A stretch of DNA of 62,357 nucleotides, taken from Pseudomonas phage 20Sep420. Every line of letters starts with the position of its first letter. Positions within the stretch are counted from its first letter, which is position 1. Of the stretch, positions 1 through 8,795 are shown piece by piece. The position numbers and the translations under genes were made by a program. Location of the stretch: sequence record OQ319938.1. One strand, 5' to 3'. Below the pieces are notes generated by a model, which was not told the DNA's origin, made no database searches, and saw only the letters and a list, made by a program, of their open reading frames with translations.

Positions 1-438
1 TTACCGCTCCGTAAATAGCTTGGCGTTTTTAACTCGGAACCGCATGACCACAAGGGCAGCGGGACGCATCGCCCCAGGCGGAGCTTGCAGGGACTTACCG
101 CGATCCAGATCATCGATGTAATCTAGGTTGTTGGTAAGGTGGATCGTTTGTCCTGCCTTGGCAGATTGAAGCGGTCGTTTGGCGGCTTCCAACATCGCCA
201 TCCGATTCGCTTCTTCCGTACTACGATCAGAGCCTGGGACGTATGCTTCACGAACCCCGGATACAGCCTGACCAATGCCCACTCGCCAATTGGAAACTGC
301 TTGTCCGGTGTCTACGGGCGTGGACCGAGCCAGGGCAAACAGCCCGGCTGTCGCGACCTCGATCTTCACCTTATTCACACGCTCGGGCAATGAGTTCGCC
401 CGGTCGTGCATCAGTTTCGCGAATTGGCTAAGGTTCAT
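1..438 (-). CDS. tail-module protein, 145 aa, lying between the GT chaperone frame and the tape measure gene
   Basis: Complete ORF with TAA at 1-3. Its ATG overlaps the stop of the upstream -1 frame (ATGA at 435-438). Position within the tail gene block. Confidence 0.4.
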   Translation of the reverse strand: MNLSQFAKLMHDRANSLPERVNKVKIEVATAGLFALARSTPVDTGQAVSNWRVGIGQAVSGVREAYVPGSDRSTEEANRMAMLEAAKRPLQSAKAGQTIHLTNNLDYIDDLDRGKSLQAPPGAMRPAALVVMRFRVKNAKLFTER

Positions 439-755
439 TTGTCACCAATCGTTTCTGCGTCCAATCTCATCACGACATTGATAAGTAGGGTCATGTCATC
501 CCCTTCAATACCGTGATCCCTGCAATACTGTGATATTGCTGTGTACGGGATTGGACCAAGCCCTCCGAACCCTACTGCCCTGCACGTCCCTAGCAGGTTG
601 TACGCCTCCAAATAGAAGACGGACGCCAAGTTGAGTTTGGGAGGGTTGGCAAGGTGCGGATCGAGTTCCTTCTTCAGCACCTTAGCCAGATTCACAAGTC
701 CTTCAAGTTCCTTTCCATACTTTCGCTGGAACTTTACGAACTCGATCAGTTTCCC
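435..755 (-). CDS. -1 frameshift extension giving a GT-like chaperone product
   Basis: I translated the -1 frame by hand and it is open from inside the G ORF down to the stop at 435. The slippery heptamer GGGAAAC lies on the minus strand at 755..749, immediately before the G stop codon. Confidence 0.45.
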   Translation of the reverse strand, partial: GKLIEFVKFQRKYGKELEGLVNLAKVLKKELDPHLANPPKLNLASVFYLEAYNLLGTCRAVGFGGLGPIPYTAISQYCRDHGIEGDDMTLLINVVMRLDAETIGDK

Positions 756-1162
756 GCGATTGCGTCTTCCTTGGCCTTCTGGAACACAGCGCGGTTCTTG
801 GCGACATAGCGGATCATGTCGAAGAAGTCCGGCAGCGCCACCAGCAGTTCGGTGATGACTTCCGGGGTGGCCTGCAACTGCTGGCCGTCTTCGCCGACGA
901 AACCTTCGCCGCGAATGTCCAGAACGATATGCTTGGCGTAGGCCGGAGCCAGGAGTTCAGCGAACTCTTCAGGCGGCATGTTTTCCAGGCGGTCCATGTG
1001 TTCCGCAGCAATCGCCGATTCCGCACGCAGATAGCCGTGGTTTCGGCCACCGGCGCGAGCAATCAGCACTTCGATGTTCGCCTCCTGGAAGGGAATCCAG
1101 ACGCCATGCGTTTCCGCATTGGCGTCGGTCTTGAAGGCGCTGAAGAGGGACTTTGTGGTCAT
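746..1162 (-). CDS. tail assembly chaperone (lambda G-like), acidic, 138 aa
   Basis: Acidic ORF directly downstream of the putative major tail gene. Its last sense codons are G GGA AAC followed by TGA. Confidence 0.5.
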   Translation of the reverse strand: MTTKSLFSAFKTDANAETHGVWIPFQEANIEVLIARAGGRNHGYLRAESAIAAEHMDRLENMPPEEFAELLAPAYAKHIVLDIRGEGFVGEDGQQLQATPEVITELLVALPDFFDMIRYVAKNRAVFQKAKEDAIAGN

Positions 1163-1178
1163 GTGCAGGTTCTCCGTA

Positions 1179-2696
1179 TTACTTCTTGGTCGGGGTGGGC
1201 AGGAATGCGAAGTAGCAATACTGCAAGGTGTAGTTCAGTTCGTTGCGAACCGCTTCCATGTCAATGGAAATCGTCACGGGAGTGTTCGGCTCGATGGCCG
1301 TGGCGCCATTGGACAGGCCCATCTTCGGCATATCGAACAGCACAGCGGTGTTGCGGCCCATCAGTGCAACCGTACCGCCAACGTCCGCATTCGAACGCAT
1401 GGCACGCACAGCGCGCAAGTCGAGGAAGTAGGCAGTGACTGAGCCGCCAACGTCGAAGGTACCGACGTTGATATCCAGGTTGCCTTCAACACCGATGGCC
1501 TTTACGCCAGTCATGTTGTTGTTGATTGTCACCGTCGCCTGGGTGGCGTAGGTGAACAGCGGTTCGGCTTCGCCTTCGACATGCAGCCACACGCGGTTGC
1601 TGGTGTTCGAGCCATTGAACATCGGGTAGGTGATCAGCGGCTTGCGCTCGCCTGCCTTGACGCCTTCCTGGCCGGTGCGGGTCTCTTCATCGCAGGCAAC
1701 GAATCCGAACTGAGCAGTCACCTTGTCGGCGCTCGGTACGGTAAGGGTGAACTCGTTCGCCATCGCGCCAGTGATGTAACGAGCCTGCGTACCATCCTTG
1801 TCGGCGCCCAGGGTCTGTTCCAGCTGGAACGAATGGAAACGCATGTCTTCGAACTTGTCCGGGTTGCGGATCGAGGTCGAGACGTACAGTTCGCAGGTCG
1901 AGTCGGCTTCGCTTGCCAGTGCATCGACTGCGCCCAGGATGCGATTGAAGGTGATGGTGTTGCCGCTGGCCGATGCCACACGTGCGAAACCCTGGAATGC
2001 CTTCAGTCCATGGATGTATACCCAATCGCCAGCCTGGATGATTCCGGTCAGGTTGGTGCCGTAGCCGGTGGTATCAGTCAGCGAGTAGATGCCATTGGCA
2101 ACACTCATGGTGGCTTCGCCCTTGGCCGAACGATGGCCGACGACCTTGATGTGCAGAGCGCGATTGGTACCGGCATTCGGAACTCCGACCTGACCAGCCT
2201 CGATCTTGAAGGTGATGGTCTTGGCAGCGGAATCCACATCGGTGACTTCGCGGACACCATCGGCGCCCGGAACGCCCGAATCCAGGACGATCAGCAGATC
2301 ACCCGGCGAGACCTGACCCACAGTGGATACCGTGACCACATTGTCCGTGAAGTCGGTGATCTGCGGGGTGGCGCCATCGTTGCGAAGCTCGAATACCTTG
2401 CGGCTGTCGGCCAGCAGGAAGCCTTCCATGAAGTCCTGGTGGTTGTGGCTAGTCAGGTCAGTGGTGTAGCCACCGGCCGCTTCCAGGTCGGTGATTTCGC
2501 CCTTGATACGCTGACGGCCAGAACCGATTGGGGTGCGGGTGGCGGTGGTGATCGTGGCGCCGAACGAGTCAATGCTGTTCGGTTCCAGAGGATTCCAGAC
2601 CGGATTGTCCGGCAGTTCGTTCAGGCACTTCTCGCGGGCATACGAGAGGCCGGTGATATCCGAACTGATGGTTTTCTGCGGGCAGTTGTTTGCCAT
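1179..2696 (-). CDS. major tail protein, 505 aa
   Basis: The ORF tool extends this frame to 2888, but the ATG at 2696 is preceded by a GAGGT Shine-Dalgarno sequence. It is the largest ORF between the neck genes and the G/GT chaperones, and downstream lies a siphovirus-type M-L-K-I/J tail tip. Confidence 0.45.
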   Translation of the reverse strand: MANNCPQKTISSDITGLSYAREKCLNELPDNPVWNPLEPNSIDSFGATITTATRTPIGSGRQRIKGEITDLEAAGGYTTDLTSHNHQDFMEGFLLADSRKVFELRNDGATPQITDFTDNVVTVSTVGQVSPGDLLIVLDSGVPGADGVREVTDVDSAAKTITFKIEAGQVGVPNAGTNRALHIKVVGHRSAKGEATMSVANGIYSLTDTTGYGTNLTGIIQAGDWVYIHGLKAFQGFARVASASGNTITFNRILGAVDALASEADSTCELYVSTSIRNPDKFEDMRFHSFQLEQTLGADKDGTQARYITGAMANEFTLTVPSADKVTAQFGFVACDEETRTGQEGVKAGERKPLITYPMFNGSNTSNRVWLHVEGEAEPLFTYATQATVTINNNMTGVKAIGVEGNLDINVGTFDVGGSVTAYFLDLRAVRAMRSNADVGGTVALMGRNTAVLFDMPKMGLSNGATAIEPNTPVTISIDMEAVRNELNYTLQYCYFAFLPTPTKK

Positions 2697-2700
2697 GGTA

Positions 2701-3114
2701 TTACCTCGCGGATTCGTACATGAAGTCGGTGATGAAGTTGGCCTGCGCGAATGTACTGTCGCTGCTGACTTCCATAATGCGCTGGTTGGAATACCCGACG
2801 CAGTTTTCGGTGTTGATCTTGGTAAACGCAGAGAGCAGCTTGTCGGCAAGCGCATATGCGTCAACAAAACCCCGGCCCGATGGCACACGCACTTGGGCCA
2901 TCAGGAAACCCACCGCCTCATAGCGGCGAACTCCATGGGCGCCAGTCAGTGACGTGGTGCCGCCGTCCATGTGCCGGATTGTAACCTTCAGCCAGGGTTC
3001 ATTTCCAGCCGGAATGCTCTCCTGAAGGTCATCGAACACCACCTTGTAGCCGGTCGGTCCCCATGCCTCCATCAACAGCCCCAGCATTTCGTCTTTGGCT
3101 TCCTGAGCGTTCAA
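2701..3114 (-). CDS. neck or tail-terminator candidate, 137 aa
   Basis: Small ORF between the head-tail connector genes and the major tail gene. The call rests on gene order only. Confidence 0.35.
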   Translation of the reverse strand: MNAQEAKDEMLGLLMEAWGPTGYKVVFDDLQESIPAGNEPWLKVTIRHMDGGTTSLTGAHGVRRYEAVGFLMAQVRVPSGRGFVDAYALADKLLSAFTKINTENCVGYSNQRIMEVSSDSTFAQANFITDFMYESAR

Positions 3115-3494
3115 TGCTTAACTCCAATGCCTATGATTACGCGAACGTCGGAAGGCTTCAACACTTCCTTCCATTCGATGCCCTTGATGACACCGCCGTC
3201 GCGAATCTTGGTGATTTCGTTGGTATCGAGGTCGAGCGGTGGGGCGCACAGGCAGACCTGCACGTCGCTGCTAAACATGTTCCCGGTTTCAACAGTTTCA
3301 CCAAAGCCCGAACCTTGATACGGTACGAATACGGCGTCCACTGTGGTCAGGACGACTTCTTGGTTTGTACTTCCGTTCCACGGCTTCGTAGGATCGATAG
3401 GGACAGACTTTATTCCCATCAGATCGACCTTCCTGCCATGCTTTTTGATGAGCCGCTTCGCAAGCTCATACTTCTTCATGTGGTTGGCATTCAT
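3111..3494 (-). CDS. head-closure or neck protein candidate, 127 aa
   Basis: Start and stop overlap the flanking structural genes. The call rests on position. Confidence 0.35.
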   Translation of the reverse strand: MNANHMKKYELAKRLIKKHGRKVDLMGIKSVPIDPTKPWNGSTNQEVVLTTVDAVFVPYQGSGFGETVETGNMFSSDVQVCLCAPPLDLDTNEITKIRDGGVIKGIEWKEVLKPSDVRVIIGIGVKH

Positions 3495-4000
3495 GCGCGG
3501 ATCACTCGCCCCTGGGAGTTGCAGCGAAACGGACCCATCAGAGTGTCGGCCTTCGGGAAAGGTGCGAACTGCATATAGGTGCCAACACCGGTAACGTTGT
3601 TGACGCCATACTTAACACGTTCCTCGATAGGCCCGACTTTCTCAGTACGCTCGGCCACAGCAAGGCCAGACGGATCGACGGTAGGCCGTAGCCACAGTTC
3701 ATCCTCACTCGCGGCCAGGGCATATTCCATTGCGGCGCGCTTCACTGCTTCCGGAATGCCATCCCAGGCATCACGCGGGAAAGCAAGGGCCTGGAACTCG
3801 TTCAGAACTTCGCCCTTCAAGCAGGACCAACGAACGCCGATATAATCGGTGCCGTTGACCAGTGCTGACTCTTTGTCTTCGGTCGGAAGGTTGGCCCAGG
3901 ATATGATGCCGCGCAGCTTGAAATACGCGTCCGCTTCAGCCACGCTAACGTAGCTGTTGCTGTCCATCATCCCCGTTCCGTCTTCAACGATCAGGCTCAT
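3491..4000 (-). CDS. head-tail adaptor (gp6-like), 169 aa
   Basis: First small gene after the head gene set. The N-terminal SYVSVAEADAYF-type sequence is typical of adaptor proteins. Confidence 0.4.
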   Translation of the reverse strand: MSLIVEDGTGMMDSNSYVSVAEADAYFKLRGIISWANLPTEDKESALVNGTDYIGVRWSCLKGEVLNEFQALAFPRDAWDGIPEAVKRAAMEYALAASEDELWLRPTVDPSGLAVAERTEKVGPIEERVKYGVNNVTGVGTYMQFAPFPKADTLMGPFRCNSQGRVIRA

Positions 4001-4167
4001 TCGAAGTTACCTCTGTGTCTTCTTTTGGTGGCTGAGGTTCCGGCTCCGGTTCAGGCTCGATCTTCTCGATTCGGCTTTTCCGATTCCAATAAAGGGCCGC
4101 CTGAAGGCGACCCTTTACAGTCTCTCGGCTACGCCACCCAGCGGTGCGCTTCACCATGAGGTCCCCC

Positions 4168-4782
4168 TTATGCTTGCGCCTTAAGGACTGGCACAGCGCG
4201 CTTCATTGCCATACGCGCCGCATCTACCGGAGCCGGACCAATGGCCTGCTGGATGATGCTCATGTTCAGGCCGGTCGAGCGCACAGCTTCCAGGGCTTCG
4301 GCACGTTCCATGCGGATTTGGTGCTGGCGGCGCTGGTAGATGGCATTCAGGTCCTCGCCGTCCTCGCGGTTCGCTTCCAGACGCGCCAGTTCGGCGGCAG
4401 CTTCATTACCTGCACGCTTGGCCTTTTCGGCAGCAGCAGCAGCGTCGGCCACTTCACGGCGCAGGGCTTCCAGACGCTCCTGGCGGTCTTCCTGCGGCAG
4501 GTCGGCGTCCTTGTGGTCGTGGGCAGTCGGCGGCGCCGGAATGTCCTTGGACGGCTCCTGGGCCGGTCCCTGGCCGTCTGCGGCAGCGGCGACAGCATCA
4601 GCACCGAAGGTGGCGGCAGTGGCACGGCTGAAGCCCGGCGCTTCCTTGTCGAGGTAGTCGCGGGTGACTTCGAAGCCGAGTGCTTTGGACAGCACGTCGA
4701 GGCGCGGCAGTCCGTCTTCGGTCCACAGCGCGTCGATTTCGGGCTTCAGCTTCAGCAGGGTTTCATGCAGTTGTGCGTTCAT
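4168..4782 (-). CDS. Ala/Glu-rich coiled-coil virion protein, 204 aa
   Basis: Low-complexity A/E-rich heptad-like sequence. Lies in the head module after the capsid and Ig-like genes. Confidence 0.45.
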   Translation of the reverse strand: MNAQLHETLLKLKPEIDALWTEDGLPRLDVLSKALGFEVTRDYLDKEAPGFSRATAATFGADAVAAAADGQGPAQEPSKDIPAPPTAHDHKDADLPQEDRQERLEALRREVADAAAAAEKAKRAGNEAAAELARLEANREDGEDLNAIYQRRQHQIRMERAEALEAVRSTGLNMSIIQQAIGPAPVDAARMAMKRAVPVLKAQA

Positions 4783-4807
4783 GGTGTTTTCCTTTGCAGG
4801 TAGATTG

Positions 4808-5272
4808 TTAGGCCGCTGTTACAGTCGGCCCGTCAACGTTGTATACGGTCGAGCCGACTTCGTTCTGGCCCTGTACCCGAAGGGTAATCTTCTTTCCGAT
4901 CTGTTCCTCCACAGGTGTCATGCTCGGGCCACTTACGTAGGTCGTACCATCAACCAACCAATCATAGCCTTCATTGATTGGCGGATCGCCTTCCCATGTG
5001 CCAGCGGTGACAGTCAGCGCTTCGCCAACCTTGCCAGTGCCGACAATCTTGGCCTGCGTGACCACAGTGGGCTTCTGCGGAGCCTTGGTGCCTTCCACAA
5101 TCTCGAATGTGGCGCCTCCGTGCAGGGAGTTGATGACACCAGTCACTCCTACGCCGAGACGACTACCCTGTTCGACAAGCCATCGTCCAAGATAACCCAT
5201 CTGACGCATGCGGAAATTACCCTGGTCGTCTTTGGCCCGGTATGTGAATTTGCGTACTCGTTCTTTCGCCAT
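4808..5272 (-). CDS. Ig-like domain head decoration protein, 154 aa
   Basis: C-terminal VGEALTVTAGTWEGDPP...YDWLVDG pattern typical of phage Ig-like (Hoc/Big-type) domains. Lies directly after the capsid gene. Confidence 0.5.
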   Translation of the reverse strand: MAKERVRKFTYRAKDDQGNFRMRQMGYLGRWLVEQGSRLGVGVTGVINSLHGGATFEIVEGTKAPQKPTVVTQAKIVGTGKVGEALTVTAGTWEGDPPINEGYDWLVDGTTYVSGPSMTPVEEQIGKKITLRVQGQNEVGSTVYNVDGPTVTAA

Positions 5273-5353
5273 TGTGTTCTCCGGAATTAAAAAGGGGGCC
5301 TAGCGCACTAGGCTCTAGACCCCCATAGGCTGCCTGCACTCAGCCTTACGCGA

Positions 5354-6370
5354 TTAGAACTCGCGGGTCACGTAGCGGACCATCTTGATCTGCTTGCGTT
5401 CCGGGAACACACGCTGCCAGGAGTTCGCCTGCTTGATCACGGCGTTCTTCGGGCCACCCTTCTCGGCCAGCGAGCCGACGTAGGCATAACCTGCCGGAGC
5501 CATGCACCATTCGACACGGTTGTACAGGATTTCCTGACCGCCACCGTGACCGGCGCTTTCGTCGCGTTCCACAGCCACCGGCACCGGAGCACTGCCCGAA
5601 CCGAAGCGGAAGGCACCTGCGCCGAAAATCCAGGTGTCGAAAATGCCGGTGGACTTGTCGTGCGGCATCGAGTCGTCCTCGATCACCAGCTTGCCCTGGA
5701 AGGTCGGGATCAGCACTTCGCCGCGTGCGTCCGGGATGAAGTCGATCAGGTTGTTCTTCTTCATGCGGGTCAGCACGACGCTGTGGACCATCATGACGCC
5801 CAGCTTCTTCTGCGCATCGCCCATGGTTTGCAGGGCGTCCAGGTAGCCTTCGGTCGTGAAGTTGGTCACACCATTCACGAAGCTTGGACCCGACACGTCG
5901 AGGGTCATTTCGTTCTGGATGTGGTTGGCGTCGGTCGGCAGTGCGTCGTTGGCGAACACGCCCTGCGCGGTGGCGATGAACAGCGCCTGCTGGCGGCGGG
6001 TCCAGTAGTAGGCCACGCGGGAAGCGATGGACTGCATCGGGTCCGAGCCGGCCAGGGTGCCGGACAGGTCCATGGTGGACCAGCTGAAGTTGCGGGACAG
6101 GCGCACCTGGACTTCATTCAGCGAGCCGGTCTTGCTCGGGGTGGACTTGTCAGCCGGGTCGTCGTTCGAGGTATTTTCTTCCTCGTTCGCCAGATCGCGC
6201 CACGACGGCTCATTGAAGGTCAGACCACCACCGGACAGCTTTTCCGACAGCACTGCATCGTTGCTGACGGCGCCGGAGCGGATCAGTTCCGAGAGTTCGG
6301 TGGTCAGGTTCTGGACGTAGGGGCCGAAGATTTCCGGCACCACTACGTCAGAAATGCGGGTTGTTGCCAT
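5354..6370 (-). CDS. major capsid protein, 338 aa
   Basis: Follows the scaffold gene in the canonical order TerS-TerL-portal-scaffold-MCP. Size is typical and a strong RBS is present. Confidence 0.55.
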   Translation of the reverse strand: MATTRISDVVVPEIFGPYVQNLTTELSELIRSGAVSNDAVLSEKLSGGGLTFNEPSWRDLANEEENTSNDDPADKSTPSKTGSLNEVQVRLSRNFSWSTMDLSGTLAGSDPMQSIASRVAYYWTRRQQALFIATAQGVFANDALPTDANHIQNEMTLDVSGPSFVNGVTNFTTEGYLDALQTMGDAQKKLGVMMVHSVVLTRMKKNNLIDFIPDARGEVLIPTFQGKLVIEDDSMPHDKSTGIFDTWIFGAGAFRFGSGSAPVPVAVERDESAGHGGGQEILYNRVEWCMAPAGYAYVGSLAEKGGPKNAVIKQANSWQRVFPERKQIKMVRYVTREF

Positions 6371-6493
6371 GTGATTTCTCCATGATGGGAGTTGAAAGTG
6401 TCGCGCCTAACCACATGGTGTGCGCGTTGGAACAGGGCTGGCTCATGCCATGCGCGGAACAGTAACCTGAACCAGCCCTGAAGTAAAGCCCGG

Positions 6494-7285
6494 TTACTTC
6501 ACCGGGGCAGTAGCGCCGATCTTGACGCCCGCCAGCTGGGCCAGCTGGTTGGCCTTCTCCGGGTTGTCACGAACCAGCGCAGCCTGCGCAGTCAGGTTCC
6601 AGCCCACCTTGGTGAACGGGTTGCTGCCACCGCCTGCGCCACCACCCGAACCACCGGCACCGCCGCCGCTCGATGCTTCCCACCAGTGGGAACGCTTCTG
6701 CTGAAGGTCGGACAGCCATGCTTCGGCGCCCAGGCCGTCCTTGGTGACGACCTGACCATCTTCGGTCAGTTCGAAGTGGTTCATGCCCAGCAGAAGGGCA
6801 TCTTCGATTGCTTCCTTGCGGAAGCCCTTGGTGTTCAGTGCTGCGTCACGGATCGCGCCGTGGATGGTGCGGGTGCGTTCCTTGGTCGTGAAATCGGCGA
6901 CCTGGGCTTCGCGTTCGGCCAGGGCAGTTCGTGCCGCAGCCAGATCACGTTCCAGCGGAGCAGTGACCTGCTTCAGCTTGGCCTGCACCAGCTGATCGAC
7001 GTTCTTGCCACCAGCTTCCAGTGCGTCCAGTTCGTCCTTGCGGTCGATCAGGGCGACGATATCGGTCAGTTCCATACCGGTTGCCAGCAGCGGGGCAAAC
7101 TGCTGCTTGGTCTTGCGGTGTTCGCCGCGCTCGGCGTTGAGTGCCTGCGTCAGCTTGTCGATATCGGCCTGGGACTTCATTCCCTCGATTCCGGTCAGCA
7201 GGAACGTACCGTCCGACTGTTCGGTGTAAAGGGAATGGTAGTGGGCCTCGATACCGTCGAGGTTGGGAACTTTGATCTTCAGCAT
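6494..7285 (-). CDS. scaffolding protein, 263 aa
   Basis: Coiled-coil-rich with a GGAGGSGGGAGGG linker. Lies between the portal and capsid genes. Confidence 0.5.
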   Translation of the reverse strand: MLKIKVPNLDGIEAHYHSLYTEQSDGTFLLTGIEGMKSQADIDKLTQALNAERGEHRKTKQQFAPLLATGMELTDIVALIDRKDELDALEAGGKNVDQLVQAKLKQVTAPLERDLAAARTALAEREAQVADFTTKERTRTIHGAIRDAALNTKGFRKEAIEDALLLGMNHFELTEDGQVVTKDGLGAEAWLSDLQQKRSHWWEASSGGGAGGSGGGAGGGSNPFTKVGWNLTAQAALVRDNPEKANQLAQLAGVKIGATAPVK

Positions 7286-7307
7286 GGTGGAATCACTCCG
7301 GTTGTGT

Positions 7308-8792
7308 TCAGGCTACATTGCCTGTTGGGGCCTTACCATCATTGGCAGGCTCCGGTGGTTTGGCGCTTTGGGCGGCTTTCGCCTTACGCGCCATCATCTT
7401 CTCGATCAGTGGGCCGAACTTTGAGTCCTCTTCTTCAAGCCGCTTCATTTCGGCTTCGAAGCTGAGGGAAGTCAGGCCGCGATCCTGAAGGATTTCGTGA
7501 ACGCTTTCCAGGGACAGGGGCAAGCCGCCATCCTGGATAGCCGACATGATATCAGCGAAATTGCGACCGTCCAGACTGAAATCGATGAACTCGGTGTTCG
7601 GGAGGACAGAAACCTCGTCCGGGTTCAGACCCATCCATGTGGCAATGCGACGAAGGATGTTTTCAAGACCCTCGGCAGCAGCCGTAGCCAGCTGATTCAG
7701 CGTAGCGGTTTGCGCGTTGTAGCGAGTAGCCATCGCCTTGCCGGACTCGGCCTGGGACTTGCTGTTCTGCACCAGTTCGCCGGACTTAACTTCCGCACGG
7801 CGGCGGTCGTTTTCGAGGGCGTTGCGCTGTTCCGACAAACCAGCATTGGTTACACCGATGTACTTGGCGTCGCCGGTAATGTCAACGTCAATACGCGAGC
7901 CAGCACCTGTACGGATAGCATCATCGTCATCATCCTTGCCCCGAACGCCACCCTTGACCACAAGGGTCTGCTGGGACTGGTAGTACAGGTTCTGTCGGTA
8001 GTCGGCCTCGCCCAGGTAAATGCCGATGCAGATATCCAGCAACGAACGCAGCGGCGGATCATCAATGTCCGACAGTGTGTCCTGGCCGTTGATGAACTCG
8101 AACGGCACGAAGTCGAGCGCCTGACCCATGAATACAGGAGCCGATCCGGCAGAGGCATTGAATTCCTGGTTGTTTTCGAACACGGCCTGGACATACTTGC
8201 CGCTGTCATCCAGCCAGCAAACGCGGTACTGCGGATACAGTTCCCAGCCGAAGTTGTCGAAGTTGAAACGCTGTGCGCTCTCATCCAGAACCACCATTCG
8301 CAGGCTGCTGTCAACGACCTTACCTTCGCGAACATTCCAGTTGGTGATCGATTCTGCACGGTACAGTGCGATATACGGGTCTCCGCCAGTCGGAGCGATA
8401 TCGGCCAGCAGACCCAGGCGACCGGTAATCAGCTGTTCGGTATTGATGCGGCGGTACAGTGCCTGCAACGACTCGCCCTGCGGGCTAGCACTCTCGCGCA
8501 GGTATTCCATACGCTCCGGCAGTCGGATCGTGGCTGGCTTCTGATGCAGCAGACCTACCAGCGAACGAACACCCTCGGTGATGTAGTCCGGCACTCGGGC
8601 GCGCAGCTTGTAGGCTTGGTAAGCCTTGTAGCCGCGTTCGCCCTTCTTCATACCGTCCAGTTCCATACCTTCGGTAGGCGGCAGATAACGGACACCGGAG
8701 TCCTTCACCTTGTCCGACCCTTCGTTGAAGTCACGAAGACTCTGCCACACGTCCTGGTACTTCAGATATTGGGGGTGCTTGTTGGTCAGCAT
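7308..8792 (-). CDS. portal protein, 494 aa
   Basis: Immediately downstream of the large terminase. Size is right and the C-terminus is acidic and helical. Confidence 0.6.
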   Translation of the reverse strand: MLTNKHPQYLKYQDVWQSLRDFNEGSDKVKDSGVRYLPPTEGMELDGMKKGERGYKAYQAYKLRARVPDYITEGVRSLVGLLHQKPATIRLPERMEYLRESASPQGESLQALYRRINTEQLITGRLGLLADIAPTGGDPYIALYRAESITNWNVREGKVVDSSLRMVVLDESAQRFNFDNFGWELYPQYRVCWLDDSGKYVQAVFENNQEFNASAGSAPVFMGQALDFVPFEFINGQDTLSDIDDPPLRSLLDICIGIYLGEADYRQNLYYQSQQTLVVKGGVRGKDDDDDAIRTGAGSRIDVDITGDAKYIGVTNAGLSEQRNALENDRRRAEVKSGELVQNSKSQAESGKAMATRYNAQTATLNQLATAAAEGLENILRRIATWMGLNPDEVSVLPNTEFIDFSLDGRNFADIMSAIQDGGLPLSLESVHEILQDRGLTSLSFEAEMKRLEEEDSKFGPLIEKMMARKAKAAQSAKPPEPANDGKAPTGNVA

Positions 8793-8795
8793 GGT

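Noticed and set aside
1581-2723. A 380-aa plus-strand ORF antisense to the major tail gene. Similar antisense ORFs lie at 33347..35005, 22536..23621, 59314..61053, 40186..41046 and 43165..43872.
   Set aside because: All are shadow frames of well-supported genes. They have Arg-rich composition, no RBS, and overlap conserved motifs of the sense gene.
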